DNA of 64,000 bases. Origin: Phyllobates terribilis (lineage: Eukaryota). The stretch spans positions 262,570,001 to 262,634,000 of the forward strand of contig NW_027362767.1 in NCBI RefSeq assembly GCF_046119375.1, read 5' to 3'. Shown here piece by piece: positions 23,080-42,817 of the stretch. Below the pieces are notes generated by a model. That model did not search any database. It was not told the DNA's origin and saw only the letters and a list, made by a program, of their open reading frames with translations. Positions within the stretch are counted from its first letter, which is position 1. Each line of letters begins with the position of its first letter. Both the position numbers and the translations under genes were made by a program.

Positions 23080-24648
23080 CAGTCATGGCCAAAAGTATTG
23101 AGAATGACACCAAAATTATATTTTCACATGATCTGCTGGCCTCTGGTTTTTATTAGTGTTTGTCTGATGTTTATATCACATACAGAAATATAATTGCAAT
23201 CATATTATGAGTACCAATAGGTTATATTGACAGTTAGAATGAGTTAATGCAGCAAGTCAATATTTGCAGTGTTGCCCCTTCTTCTTCAAGACCTCTGTAA
23301 TTCTCCCTGGCATGCTCTCAATCAACTTTTGGGCCAAATCCTGACTGATCGCAGTCCATTCTTCCATAATCAATGCTTGCATTTTGCCAGAAATTGTTGG
23401 TTTTTGTTTGTCCACCCGTCTCTTGATGATTGACCACAAGTTCTCAATGGGATTAAGATCTGGGGAGTTTCCAGGCCATGGACCCAAAATCTCTATGTTT
23501 TGTTCCATGAGCCATTTAGTTATCACCTTTGCTTTATGGCAAGGTGCTCCATCATGCTGGAAAAGGCATTGTTGGGCGCCAAACTGCTCTTGGACGGTTG
23601 GGAGAAGTTGCTCTTGGAGGACATTCTGGTACCATTCTTTATTCATGGCTGTGTTTATAGGCAAGACTGTGAGTGAGCCGATTCCCTTGGCTGAGAAGCA
23701 ACCCCACACATGAATGGTTTCAGGATGCTTTACAGTTGGCATGAGACAAGACTGGAGGTAGCGCTCACCTCTTCTTCTCCGAATAAGCTGTTTTCTAGAT
23801 GTCCCAAACAATCGAAAAGGGGATTCATCAGAGAAAATGACTTTGCCCCAGTCCTCAGCAGTCCACTCCCTGTACCTTTTGCAGAATATCAGTCGGTCCC
23901 TGATGTTTTTTCTGGAGAGAAGTGGCTTCTTTGCTGCCCTCCTTGAAACCAGCCCTTGCTCAAAGAGTCTCCGCCTCACAGTGCGTACAGAAGCACTCAC
24001 ACCAGCCTGCTGCCATTCCAGAGCAAGCTCGGCTCTGCTGGTAGTCCGATCCCGCAGCTGAAACAGTTTTAAGATACGGTCCTGGCGCTTGCTGGCCTTT
24101 CTTGGGCGCCCTGGAGCCTTTTTGACAACAAGGGAAGCTCTCTCCTTGAAGTTCTTGATGATACGATAGATTGTTGACTGTGGTGCAATCTTTGTAGCTG
24201 CGATACTCTTCCCTGTTAGGCCATTTTTGTGCAGTGCAATGATGGCTGCACGTGTTTCTTTAGAGATAACCATGGTTAACTGAAGAGAAACAATGATACC
24301 AAGAACCAGCCTCCTTTTAAAGTGTCCAGTGATGTCATTCTTACTTAATCATGACTGATTGATCCATTAACACAGGTGTGGGTGTTGATGAGGACAGGGC
24401 TGGCGATCAATCACTAAAACGATGTTAGCTGCTCCTTTTAAGGCAGGACTGCAATGATGTTGAAATGTGTTTTGGGGTTAAAGTTTATTTTCTGGGCAAA
24501 TATTGACTTTGCAAGTACAGTAATTGCTGTTAAGCTGATCACTCTTTGACATTCAGGAGTATATGCAAATTGCCATTACAAAAAATGAAGCAGTAAACTT
24601 TGGAAAAATTACTATTTGTCTCATTCTCAATACTTTTGGCCATGACTG
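23080..24648 (-). mobile_element. Full-length Tc1-like DD35E (Traveler/TR-type) transposon, copy A
   Basis: Perfect 28-bp TIRs CAGTCATGGCCAAAAGTATTGAGAATGA, TA duplication on both sides, intact transposase ORF. Confidence 0.95.
23257..24273 (-). CDS. Intact 338-aa Tc1-family transposase, DD35E
   Basis: GRPR motif, KKPLLS, FSDES (D1), FQHD (D2), 35 residues, then SPDLNPIE (E); no stops or frameshifts. Confidence 0.93.
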   Translation of the reverse strand: MVISKETRAAIIALHKNGLTGKSIAATKIAPQSTIYRIIKNFKERASLVVKKAPGRPRKASKRQDRILKLFQLRDRTTSRAELALEWQQAGVSASVRTVRRRLFEQGLVSRRAAKKPLLSRKNIRDRLIFCKRYREWTAEDWGKVIFSDESPFRLFGTSRKQLIRRRRGERYLQSCLMPTVKHPETIHVWGCFSAKGIGSLTVLPINTAMNKEWYQNVLQEQLLPTVQEQFGAQQCLFQHDGAPCHKAKVITKWLMEQNIEILGPWPGNSPDLNPIENLWSIIKRRVDKQKPTISGKMQALIMEEWTAISQDLAQKLIESMPGRITEVLKKKGQHCKY

Positions 24649-25167
24649 TATACAGGAGTGTAACTGCTGATGAGCGCTGGCTGTGATGTCACTAGTGTAC
24701 ATATATACAGGAGGGTAACTGCTGGTGAGTGCTGGCTGTGATGTCACTAGTGTACATATATATACAGGAGTGTAACTGCTGGTGAGCGCTGGCTGTGACC
24801 TCACTAGTCTACATACATATATACAGGAGTGTAACTGCTGGTGAGTGCTGGCTGTGATGTCACTAGTTTACATATATACAGGAGTGTAACTGCTGGTGAG
24901 CGCTGGCTGTGACCTCACTAGTCTACATACATATATACAGGAGTGTAACTGCTGGTGAGTGCTGGCTGTGATGTCACTAGTTTACATATATACAGTAGAG
25001 TAACTGCTGGTGAGCGCTGGCTGTGACCTCACTAGTCTACATACATATATACAGGAGTGTAACTGCTGGTGAGTGCTGGCTGTGATGTCACTAGTCTACA
25101 TACATATATACAGGAGTGTAATTGCTGGTGAGTGCTGGCTGTGATGTCACTTGTGTGTATGTATATA

Positions 25168-25176
<9 letters not shown>

Positions 25177-25221
<45 letters not shown>
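25177..25221. repeat. (TA)n microsatellite; a second one lies at 26861-26900
   Basis: Direct reading. Confidence 0.95.
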
Positions 25222-25227
<6 letters not shown>

Positions 25228-25229
25228 CA

Positions 25230-26858
25230 CAGTACAGACCAAAAGTTTGGACACACCTTCTCATTTAAAGATTTTTCTGTATTTTCATGACTATGAAAAT
25301 TGTACATTCACACTGAAGACATCAAAACTATGAATTAACACATGTGGAATTATATACTTAACAAAAAAGTGTGAAACAACTGAAAATATGTCTTATATTC
25401 TAGGTTCTTCAAAGTAGCCACCTTTTGCTTTGATGACTGCTTTGCACACTCTTGGCATTCTCTTGATGAGCTTCAAGAGGTAGTCACCGGAAATGGTCTT
25501 CCAACAATCTTGAAGGAGTTCCCAGAGATGCTTAGCACTTGTTGGCCCTTTTGCCTTCACTCTGCGGCCAGCTCACCCCAAACCATCTCGATTGGGTTCA
25601 GGTCTGGTGACTGTGGAGGCCAGGTCATCTGGCGTAGCACCCCATCACTCTCCCTCTTGGTTAAATAGCCCTTACACAGCCTGGAGGTGTGTTTGGGGTC
25701 ATTGTCCTGTTGAGAAATAAATGATGGTCCAACTAAACGCAAACCAGATGGAATAGCATGCCGCTGCAAGATGCTGTGGTAACCATGCTGGTTCAGTATG
25801 CCTTCAATTTTGAATAAATCCCCAACGGTGTCACCAGCAAAGCACCCCCACACCTTCACACCTCCTCCTCCATGCTTCACGGTGGGAACCAGGCATGTAG
25901 AGTCCATCCGTTCACCTTTTCTGTGTCGCACAAAGACATGGTGGTTGGAACCAAAGATCTCAAATTTGGACTCATCAGACTAAAGCACAGATTTCCACTG
26001 GTCTAATGTCCATTCCTTATGTTCTTTAGCCCAAACAAGTCTCTTCTGCTTGTTGCCTGTCCTTAGCAGTGGTTTCCTAGCAGCTATTTTACCATGAAGG
26101 CCTGCTGCACAAAGTCTCCTCTTAACAGTTGTTGTAGAGATGTGTCTGCTGCTAGAACTCTGTGTGGCATTGACCTGGTCTCTAATCTGAGCTGCTGTTA
26201 ACCTGCGATTTCTGAGGCTGGTGACTCGGATAAACCTATCCTCAGAAGCAGAGGTGACTCTTGGTCTTCCTTTCCTGGGGCGGTCCTCATGTGAGCCAGT
26301 TTCTTTGTAGCGCTTGATGGTGTTTGCAACTGCACTTGGGGACACTTTCAACGTTTTCCCAATTTTTCGCACTGACTGACCTTCATTTCTTAAAGTAATG
26401 ATGGCCACTTGTTTTTCTTTACTTAGAATTTGTATTATGGCAAGAAAAAATCAGCTAACAGTCTATTCAGTAGGACTATCAGCTGTGTATCCACCAGACT
26501 TCTGCACAACACAACTGATGGTCCCAACCCCAATTATAAGGCAAGAAATCCCACTTATTAAACCTGACAGGGCACACCTGTGAAGTGAAGACCATTTCCG
26601 GTGACTACCTCTTGAAGCTCATCAAGAGAATGCCAAGAGTGTGCAAAGCAGTCATCAAAGCAAAAGGTGGCTACTTTGAAGATCCTAGAATATAAGACAT
26701 ATTTTCAGTTGTTTCACACTTTTCTGTTAAGTATATAATTCCACATGTGTTAATTCATAGTTTTGATGCCTTCAGTGTGAATGTACAATTTTCATAGTCA
26801 TGAAAATACAGAAAAATCTTTAAATGAGAATGTGTGTCCAAACTTTTGGTCTGTACTG
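25230..26858 (-). mobile_element. Defective Tc1-like DD38E (Intruder/IT-type) transposon with about 270-bp TIRs, flanked by (TA)n
   Basis: TIR CAGTACAGACCAAAAGTTTGGACACAC; transposase fragments 25980-26408 and 25557-25931; 38 residues between QQD and NPIE; stop at the WSDE tryptophan, N-terminal loss, late frameshift. Confidence 0.9.
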
Positions 26859-26904
<46 letters not shown>

Positions 26905-26959
26905 CACATACACACAGGAGTGTAACTGCTGGTGAGCGCTGGCTGTGATGTCACTAGTG

Positions 26960-28250
26960 TAAAATGGCGGCATGCTGCAAGTGGCCGCGTATATCGGACT
27001 AGATTCACCAACACAAGTCAATGGGTGCAAAAAAAAAAGTATTGCACGGCACACGGACCATGCGTATGCCGTCCGATTTTTTTTTGTCATCCATCTTCTA
27101 GAAAACTCGACATTTCATCAGCCACGTACAGTAAATTCACAGCGTGACCCATCAGAATGTAATAGATATCTACATAGAATAGATAGATGGAAAGATGTCA
27201 TTGTCATAATTACTGCAGTGCATGTGTAGGTTGATGTTCATGTATTTGATTACATTATATAAATTAAAGAAAAAAATGGCATGGGGTTCCCCATAATTTT
27301 ATTAACCAGCTTGAAGGGCTGATGTTTATTGCCCGGAAAGGGGGTAATAGACATGGAGCTTCCCAGGCTATTAATATCAGCTCACAGCTGTATACTTGGC
27401 CTTCACTGGTTATTAAAATGGGAGACCCCCCCAAAAAATGATGTGGGGTCCCCCTTTTAATTAATACCCAGCAAAGGCCAGGCTGTGGGCTGATAATAAT
27501 AATCCAGAAAGGGGCTATGGATATTGCCCCCCCCCACACACACACCAGACAAAGGCGCTTAGCCTCCGCTTTCCCCACTTGCCCTGGTGCTGTGGCAAGT
27601 GGGGTAATAGTATTGGGGTTGATGTCTGCTTTGTATTGGCAGCTGACATCAAGCCCAGGGGTTAGTAATCGAGAGGCGCATTTAAGACACCCCCATTACT
27701 AACCCCATAGTCAAATTGTAAATAATACACATCCAGAATAAAGTCCTTTAATTGAAAGAAAGACACTGACACCTTTATTTGAAATAATTACTCCCCTCCA
27801 CCCCCTCTTTTTCCCATTTATTGTAAAATAAAAACCCACTATATTAGTCACCTGTCTGATGAGAAGATAATCCTCTGAAGCCCATGTCCCCTGTAAAAGA
27901 CAAAAAATAATAGACCACCATATACCTCACCTGTCCAACTAGAAGATAATCAATTTGTCCTGCGATGAGTCTAGCTCTGCTACATCTAGATGCCTTGCTG
28001 GACGGTGGCATGATGCACTGAAGCACTGATTATATATCTCACTCACATATTTCTGTCTATTGAAGAATATTTACTTTGAAAACTATTTTTAAATGATAGA
28101 GTAATTCTATATATGTAAAAGCTAATGTTAAAATTGCATTGCATATGGATGTCATACAGATGCTAGGTGAGAAAAATCGCATTGTACTCGCATAACACTT
28201 GTCTGACTTTTCAGTAACAACATCAGACCAATTTTATTAACGCAGAGGGT
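26960..28250. mobile_element. Dispersed non-autonomous repeat; a second related copy lies at about 32200-33478
   Basis: Shared core aaaaaaatggc(a/g)tgggg...ccaggctattaatatcagctc...atctagctctgctacatctagatg at 27270-27990 and 32480-33160. Confidence 0.65.
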
Positions 28251-28773
28251 TCGAGTCCTTTCTCTTATAGTGGGCTGTGGAGTTGGTATAAAATGGACCG
28301 ACTCCTAAAATATATAATACATTGGGTATAGTAGTTCAATGCAGGATGTGCTGTAAATGTTTTAATAAGAATTTGGGAAAGTTATGAAATGTCCTATAAA
28401 TGTCTGTTCTGTTCCTGATCTAAGGATCTCGGCTTTTAGTTGAGATGAATCTGTGCTGCACTTTATGTACATGCCCAGTAGTGAGGCAGGGCTGTGGAGT
28501 TGGAGGTTTGGCTTCCTGACCCCACAGCCCTGTTCTGTATGCTGGTGTGTCTCACTGTGTGTGAGGTCATTATTTTACATTATTTGGGGTATTAGTCTCT
28601 GTGTGCTGGAGAGGGTGATGTCATCCTTGGACGTTATAAGCCGTGTTTTATCTGCTGTGACTACATCATCCCTGTACATTATATGCAGAGCTATAACATG
28701 TGTGATGCCGGGTTGCAGGATGAAGCTGTGTCTTCCTGGCTGTGGTATTAGGAGGTGATGTGGAGAGCTGGCG

Positions 28774-35895
<7,122 letters not shown>

Positions 35896-37260
35896 TCACC
35901 CCTCCTTTTCTCAGCGGTCATTACAGTGGTCTACCTCCTCGGGAGTTGTTGTTTTTTTTAACATTTATGCCCCCACATCTTGGCGTCCATGGCAAGACCT
36001 GACCTGGCTCATGTAAATGAACTACGGTCACTGTTTCTTTCCTTTTTGAAGTAAGATTCAATGCGAGGCGCATAGGAGGATGGCACCGCCGCTCCAGCAC
36101 TAAAGGACCATGATGTACGGAGTCGGCTCAGGCACCGACTGGGCTTCATCCATCAGTAGTTTTCCTGCATATTGCAATATTCTGGTATTACAGTATATAG
36201 TAGAAGCCATAATACACTATGGAGACTAAGAAAAAAAATAAAAAAAATTTTTTTCCTAACTCTACTCCCCCACTTTATCCCCATCCAAAAATAAAATACA
36301 GTTAAACAATATTATATAAATTTTATGTAAATTGCCTCAAAAAATTTCAGCTACACCCCCCCCCCCCCTCCCAAAATGGTACCGATAAAAACTAAAGCTC
36401 CACACCGCTCTATTGACAGAGAAAAAAGCTTTATGGATGCCTGCTATGAAAATGTAAAATTAAGCATCCATAAACTTAACAGAAATATGGTTTAAAGAAA
36501 AATGAAAAAATATATATATATTTTTTAGGGGGTTTCAGAACCTACCTCTTAATATTTAAAAAAAAAAAAAGCTATTAAATGTCCCCAAAATGTTATCAAG
36601 TCAAAACGTCTTGTTATCATACAAAGGACCATCTCTCACACAGCTGTTAGGTGTCTCAAAAAAAAAAAGTGGTTTGTGTTGCCATTTTTCCAAGTTTTAA
36701 AATTTTTTTACTTGTTTTAAACCACTGAAAATATATATAAAAAACAAAAAAAAAACTAAGTTTGGTCTCCCAGTAATCATTCGGGGTAATATTTATAGCA
36801 CCCTAAATGCTGTAAAAACAATGAATTATGTTTTTTCATTTTTTTTTTCTCAGGCGGCTGTGGGGACAAAATAAGTTATAAATCTTAGAAGAAAAAAAAA
36901 AAAAGAAAATATTTCATTAAAAAAAAAGTTAACATTTTCCCTCCAGATTATCAGTGATAGTTAAAGTAATAATGACACCGGTGCCTAAGACGCCGCCAGG
37001 AGCAGCGGCAGGTTTTATAAGCGATGTAGAATAGACCCACGGTCCGAGGCCTCTGCACCAGCACCCGTTATATGTGAGATCACAGACAGATGTGGATTAC
37101 TCTTTACATTGAAGAAATAAATGTGTCTGTGTCAATGAAATGCGTTTCAGTGGAATGCTCTATATTTGATAAGGGAAGTACATATTTAGGGAGAACAAGC
37201 GATTTCTTATCTTCTATATACTGATAAGAGAAAAAAATAAGTCTCTTGTACGGAGCCTTG

Positions 37261-37555
37261 GGCTCTGTGCACACAGGTTTATAAGGAGCCGATCTGCTCC
37301 AAAATTATCCTCCAAAAAACTCTTTGAAACCCTTCCTATTCATTTCTATGGGAAACTGTCCAGGTTGGGTAAAGGAAGCACCTCCTGATGGAATCTGTTC
37401 CAAACCAGTCTCTGTCCAAGCAAAAGGCTGCAAAGAATCAGGAAATAAAAGTAACTCCTAACACCCCCGCCCCAAAAAACATTTCCTGAAGCCGATTCCG
37501 CTAGAGAAACGCATCATTTTTTTAAAGCCTCACCAACCTCTGTGTGAACATAGCC
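37261..37555. mobile_element. Harbinger-type MITE between the DPH7 and MRPL41 3' ends
   Basis: ggctctgtgcacacag ... ctgtgtgaacatagcc|tta. Confidence 0.5.
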
Positions 37556-38625
37556 TTAGGCTCAGTTGGAGCCTTCACTGCAGATGTGAGCAAGCCATAA
37601 TTTCACATGTGGAATAGCCGGAGGTTTCATCTTTCGCATTGCAAATTAGCAGCGATTCTGCATCAGGTTCACACCATCAGTCACATTTTTTTTGTCTGTG
37701 ATGAAATATTATGAGCCGTGTGAATCCGAGGTAAGACGGCCATAACACAGCTCCGAGTTGGAGTCATTAAAGGGGTTTACCAAAGTCGTACGTTATAGCC
37801 TATCATTGTGGTGTGGGATAACTTGCTGAGTGCTGTGGATCTGACCCCTACGAGTGTCAGCAGGCCAGAGACCGGTGCTCTGCAGAACCTCCTCTTGGAT
37901 GGAGCGGAGGTGCACACGCTCAATCTCCTCTCTACTTTCTATGGGACTGATAGAAATAGAGAAAACAGCTTTCTCCAGCAGTCCCATAGTCAATTAATTA
38001 AACCACGGCAGAGCGTGTGCACCTCCACTCCATACAAGAGGAGGCTCTGCAGAACAAGGTCCTTGGGATCATGGGGGGTCCCAGAGGTCAAACCCATCCA
38101 GCAATCGCCACCTTATCCCATACTAACTACTTTAAAGGGGTATTCCCATATTATATCATGACTAGATGATCAGGGGGTTACACACCAAGCCAGAGTGCTG
38201 CGTCCCCTTTTGAGTTTTCCCTGCACAACCCCCTTCATTCTCAGGATTCATGAGGGTCCCAATGATCATAAAGTGATGGCATATGCAATTAATTCACCAT
38301 CACAAGATGAGATTAACTCTTTAAGCGTTCAGTTCAGTAGAACTGTGGGCAACTGAGGTGTTGCATCCATATAACAGACCCCCAAAAAGCAGTTTGTGGG
38401 CTCAGTGTGTACAGAGGCTGTACAGTTCCTGTGTGTATGGAAGATGGTAGAGAGGACGCACCTATAATGAAGCCTCATTACTGCTCCATATAAAACATAG
38501 CCATAATACGGCCGTGTACACAAGCTCTAATCAGACTTTATAAATGATGACACATAAGCAGCGTTCAGCATTATCCATATAATTACAGCAGTGTAGCGAG
38601 GAGTCCATGTCCATCATTATCTCGG

Positions 38626-39033
38626 TTACTGCACATAGTTCTTCGGATACAGCTTGAATAATTTGCCCTTCTGGCTCGGCTCAAATCCATATTTTTCGAG
38701 ACTATTGGGGTCGAAGCTTCTGTTCTCAATGTCCTTCTCTATGGCCGGAGCGGCAGTTTCCATGAACAGTCTCTTGGCAGTCATCTGCTCCTCAGTCCCG
38801 GCAGGAGCCTTGTAGGAGACGTACGGCCGCAGCTTGAAGCCGCTCAGATCAGGGACAATGAACTCCGGCACCATCTCCTTCACTTTGACAAACTTCCTGT
38901 TGGAGGTAAGGTACCCGACCCGCTTGGCTCCTCTGCCCCTGTTGAAGGACTTGGGTCCCATCTTGCTGGTGATTTCCGCCATTCGGTCAGAACCTCGGAC
39001 AAAGCCGCGAACGAGATTCTGGAGCAGCCCCAT
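38626..39033 (-). CDS. MRPL41: Mitochondrial ribosomal protein L41 (mL41), 135 aa, single coding exon
   Basis: Kozak gccaccATGG; [18 protein letters not shown]...[21 protein letters not shown]...[22 protein letters not shown]; acceptor tctttcccgcag at 39043. Confidence 0.98.
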   Translation of the reverse strand: MGLLQNLVRGFVRGSDRMAEITSKMGPKSFNRGRGAKRVGYLTSNRKFVKVKEMVPEFIVPDLSGFKLRPYVSYKAPAGTEEQMTAKRLFMETAAPAIEKDIENRSFDPNSLEKYGFEPSQKGKLFKLYPKNYVQ

Positions 39034-40287
39034 GGTGGCTTCCTGCGGGAAAGACATCACAAGAGATCACTAAGGCCGGCCATTGTGGAAACCACCTGCA
39101 AAAAGAAGTATGTCATCTTCCTTTAACCCATGATGTACTTTCATCCTACTCGTGTGCAGCCGTCAGCCTGCTCTAACAGCCAGGATCCCTCTATAATTTC
39201 AATCCAGATTGTGTAACCCCTTAGATACTATGCTCAGGATTGACTTTGGCTTTTAAGTGGTTAACAGTTGAAAGGGGCTGTCATCCCAGCTCGGTACACC
39301 CAAACGTGACCACTGCAGCCAATCACTGGTCACCAATGTTTGGCTGCAGCAGTCACTTGCCCATCTCACGCAAAAGAGAAAACTCAAAAGTTTGCGGGAC
39401 GAAGAATCAAAATATACCCTGTATTTATTAAAAAAAAAAAAAAGGTAAATTTAGAATATTTGGGATGCCTCCATCAGCTGCGACTGGAGCAAGCTCCGGT
39501 CACTGGTGTTTAACCTCCTAAATGCCACTATCAATTACTGACAGCATCATTTACAGGGCGCACAGATTCAGGTACCATTAAGATCATGAGGTGTCAATTG
39601 GCAGCCAGGGCTTCATAGTTGATCATTATATACCGCAGTCATGAAGCAGAAGTGCAAGCGATCCTAAAATCGCAGGTTGAAGTCCTTAGAGAAGACTAAA
39701 AAATAAATAAAATGGGAAAAGAAAAAAAAAAAAGGAAAAAAATATAGAATAGTAAAAAAACAAAAATATTAGACGTATCCAGTACCGTCACTTCTGCAAT
39801 AGTCTGAAAAAAATAAAACGATGGTGTTTTTTCAACAGTTTCTTCTTACAAGATTAAGATCCTCCATAATCCGAACCTCGCACCTCCGTCTCCAAGACTT
39901 CCCTCGTGCTGCACTAATGTTCTGGAATGCACTACTCAAGACGATCCGACATATAAAGCCCCCACAATTTTAAGCGTGCTTTAAAAACCCATCTCTTTAA
40001 ACAAGCTTATCACCTCTACTCGCTAAGCTAACTCCTGTTCCCTCCTAAATATTATTCAGAATCTGCTCTTCCTATTCATCTGTCTCCACATCCTCCATTC
40101 ACCTAATAGCACACGGTAACTGCAATTAGATACTTTCTGGTGACCACCGGATCATGCAGCTTTGTATGAAAACCTTGATTAATTATAATTGCTGGACCTG
40201 AAATAACAAGCACTTTTCATCTTTTGTGTCCCCCCTATTTCCTTGTAGACTGTAAGCTTGCGAGCAGGACCCTCACTCCTAATGTAA

Positions 40288-40647
40288 TGATATGTGCACA
40301 CGGTCAGGAACCGCTGCGGGTTTGAAGTTGCGTGTTTATGCAGAGTCAAACCCGCAGCGGACAGATGTTACAGCATAGTGGATGGGTTTCTGGAAATCCC
40401 ATGTCCACTATGCGTATCTGGGCACCTGCCGATCACCTACGGACACTGACATACAGGGCCTCTTTCAGACCTGCAGCATGTCAATTTCTCTTGCGGGTCC
40501 GCATGCAGGCTTTCCCCATAGATTAACATCAATGAGGAAAGTCTGCATGTGAAAAAAAAATAAAAATTGCCGCTCATTTGCATAAAATGAGGGTGGAAGC
40601 CACGCGGCTATTCATCAGCGTCAGCTCCTGACCATGGGCACATACCC
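40288..40647. mobile_element. Harbinger-type MITE, same family as 60572-60943 but in opposite orientation
   Basis: taa|tgatatgtgcacacg ... catgggcacataccc|taa. Confidence 0.7.
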
Positions 40648-40809
40648 TAACTCAGACATGGGCAAAGTGCGGAGGAGGGGCCGCCGCCTCCCTCTTCCAC
40701 CAATCAGCGTTAGAAGCAGCTGACACGATGGCATCAGCCTGCCCTCTGCGGAGTCAGTGCATGGCAGACAGGAGCACCAGGGGAATGGGGAATGAGGTAA
40801 GTATATGCC

Positions 40810-41240
40810 GGACACCGACACTGGGGAGGGCTGTCACGCCGGACACCGACACTGGGGAGGGCTGTCACGCCGGACACCGGCACTGGGGAGGGCTGTCACG
40901 CCGGACACCGGCACTGGGGAGGGCTGTCACGCCGGACACCGGCACTGGGGAGGGCTGTCACGCCGGACACCGGCACTGTGGAGGGCTGTCACGCCGGACA
41001 CGGGGGGCTGCGTGGGGCTCATGCTGGACACGGGGGGGGGGGGGCTGAGTGGGGCTCATGCTGGACACGGGGGGGGAAGGGCTGAGTGGGGCTCATGCTG
41101 GACACGGGGGGGGGGGCTGCGTAGGGCTCATGCTGGACACGGGGGGTGGGCTGCGTGGGGCTCATGCTGGACATGGGGGGGCTGTGTGGGGCCCATGCTG
41201 GACACGGGGGGGGGGGGGGGGCTGCGTGGGGCTCATGCTA
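40810..41240 (+). repeat. 31-bp (ccggacaccggcactggggagggctgtcacg) and about 35-40 bp (ggggctcatgctggacacggggg) minisatellites inside the hAT element
   Basis: Direct reading. Confidence 0.9.
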
Positions 41241-41242
41241 TA

Positions 41243-42817
41243 CAGTCATGGCCAAAAGTATTGAGAATGAGACAAATAGTAATTTTTCCAAAGTTTACTG
41301 CTTCATTTTTTGTAATGGCAATTTGCATATACTCCTGAATGTCAAAGAGTGATCAGCTTAACAGTAATTACTGTACTTGCAAAGTCAATATTTGCCCAGA
41401 AAATTAACTTTAACCCCCAAAACACATTTCAACATCATTGCAGTCCTGCCTTAAAAGGAGCAGCTAACATCGTTTTAGTGATTGATCCATTAACACAGGT
41501 GTGGGTGTTGATGAGGACAGGGCTGGCGATCAATCAGTCATGATTAAGTAAGAATGACATCACTGGACACTTTAAAAGGAGGCTGGTTCTTGGTATCATT
41601 GTTTCTCTTCAGTTAACCATGGTTATCTCTAAAGAAACACGTGCAGCCATCATTGCACTGCACAAAAATGGCCTAACAGGGAAGAGTATCGCAGCTACAA
41701 AGATTGCACCTCAGTCAACAATCTATCGCATCATCAAGAACTTCAAGGAGAGAGCTTCCATTGTTGTCAGAAAGGCTCCAGGGCGCCCAAGAAAGACCAG
41801 CAAGCGCCAGGACCGTATCTTAAAACTGTTTCAGCTGCGGGATCGGACTACCAGCAGAGCCGAGCTTGCTCTGGAATGGCAGCAGGCTGGTGTGAGTGCT
41901 TCTGCACGCACTGTGAGGCGGAGACTCTTTGAGCAAGGGCTGGTTTCAAGGAGGGCAGCAAAGAAGCCACTTCTCTCCAGAAAAAACATCAGGGACCGAC
42001 TGATATTCTGCAAAAGGTACAGGGAGTGGACTGCTGAGGACTGGGGCAAAGTCATTTTCTCTGATGAATCCCCTTTTCGATTGTTTGGGACATCTGGAAA
42101 ACAGCTTATTCGGAGAAGAAGAGGTGAGCGCTACCACCAGTCTTGTCTCATGCCAACTGTAAAGCATCCTGAAACCATTCATGTGTGGGGTTGCTTCTCA
42201 GCCAAGGGAATCGGCTCACTCACAGTCTTGCCTAAAAACACAGCCATGAATAAAGAATGGTACCAGAATGTCCTCCAAGAGCAACTTCTCCCAACCGTCC
42301 AGTCCAAGAGCAGTTTGGCGCCCAAAAATGCCTTTTCCAGCATGATGGAGCACCTTGCCATAAAGCAAAGGTGATAACAAAATGGCTCATGGAACAAAAC
42401 ATAGAGATTTGGGGTCCATGGCCTGGAAACTCCCCAGATCTTAATCCCATTGAGAACTTGTGGTCAATCATCAAGAGACGGGTGGACAAACAAAAACCAA
42501 CAAATTCTGGCAAAATGCAAGCATTGATTATGCGAGAATGGACTGCTATCAGTCAGGATTTGGTCCAAAAGTTGATTGAGAGCATGCCAGGGAGAATTAC
42601 AGAGGTCTTGAAGAAGAAGGGGCAACACTGCAAATATTGACTTGCTGCATTAACTCATTCTAACTGTCAATATAACATATTGGTACTCATAATATGATTG
42701 CAATTATATTTCTGTATGTGATATAAACATCAGACAAACACTAATAAAAACCAGAGGCCAGCAGATCATGTGAAAATATCATTTTGGTGTCATTCTCAAA
42801 ACTTTTGGCCATGACTG
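41243..42817 (+). mobile_element. Tc1-like DD35E (TR-type) transposon, copy B, frameshifted
   Basis: Same TIRs and TA TSD as copy A; ORF starts at 41619 and is broken by a 5-nt duplication (gtccagtcca, about 42297-42306). Confidence 0.95.

Larger units (their letters stand above)
21643..26960 (+). repeat. 55/59-bp minisatellite (about 35 units in three blocks: 21643-23079, 24649-25155, 26915-26960), split by two Tc1-like insertions
   Basis: Unit ctgctggtgag(t/c)gctggctgtgatgtcactagtgtacatatatacaggagtgtaa. Confidence 0.95.

Noticed and set aside
39034-39060. N-terminal extension of MRPL41 (MMSFPQEAT) in the ORF track
   Set aside because: Mostly intronic (acceptor at 39043); the true start has a perfect Kozak context at 39033
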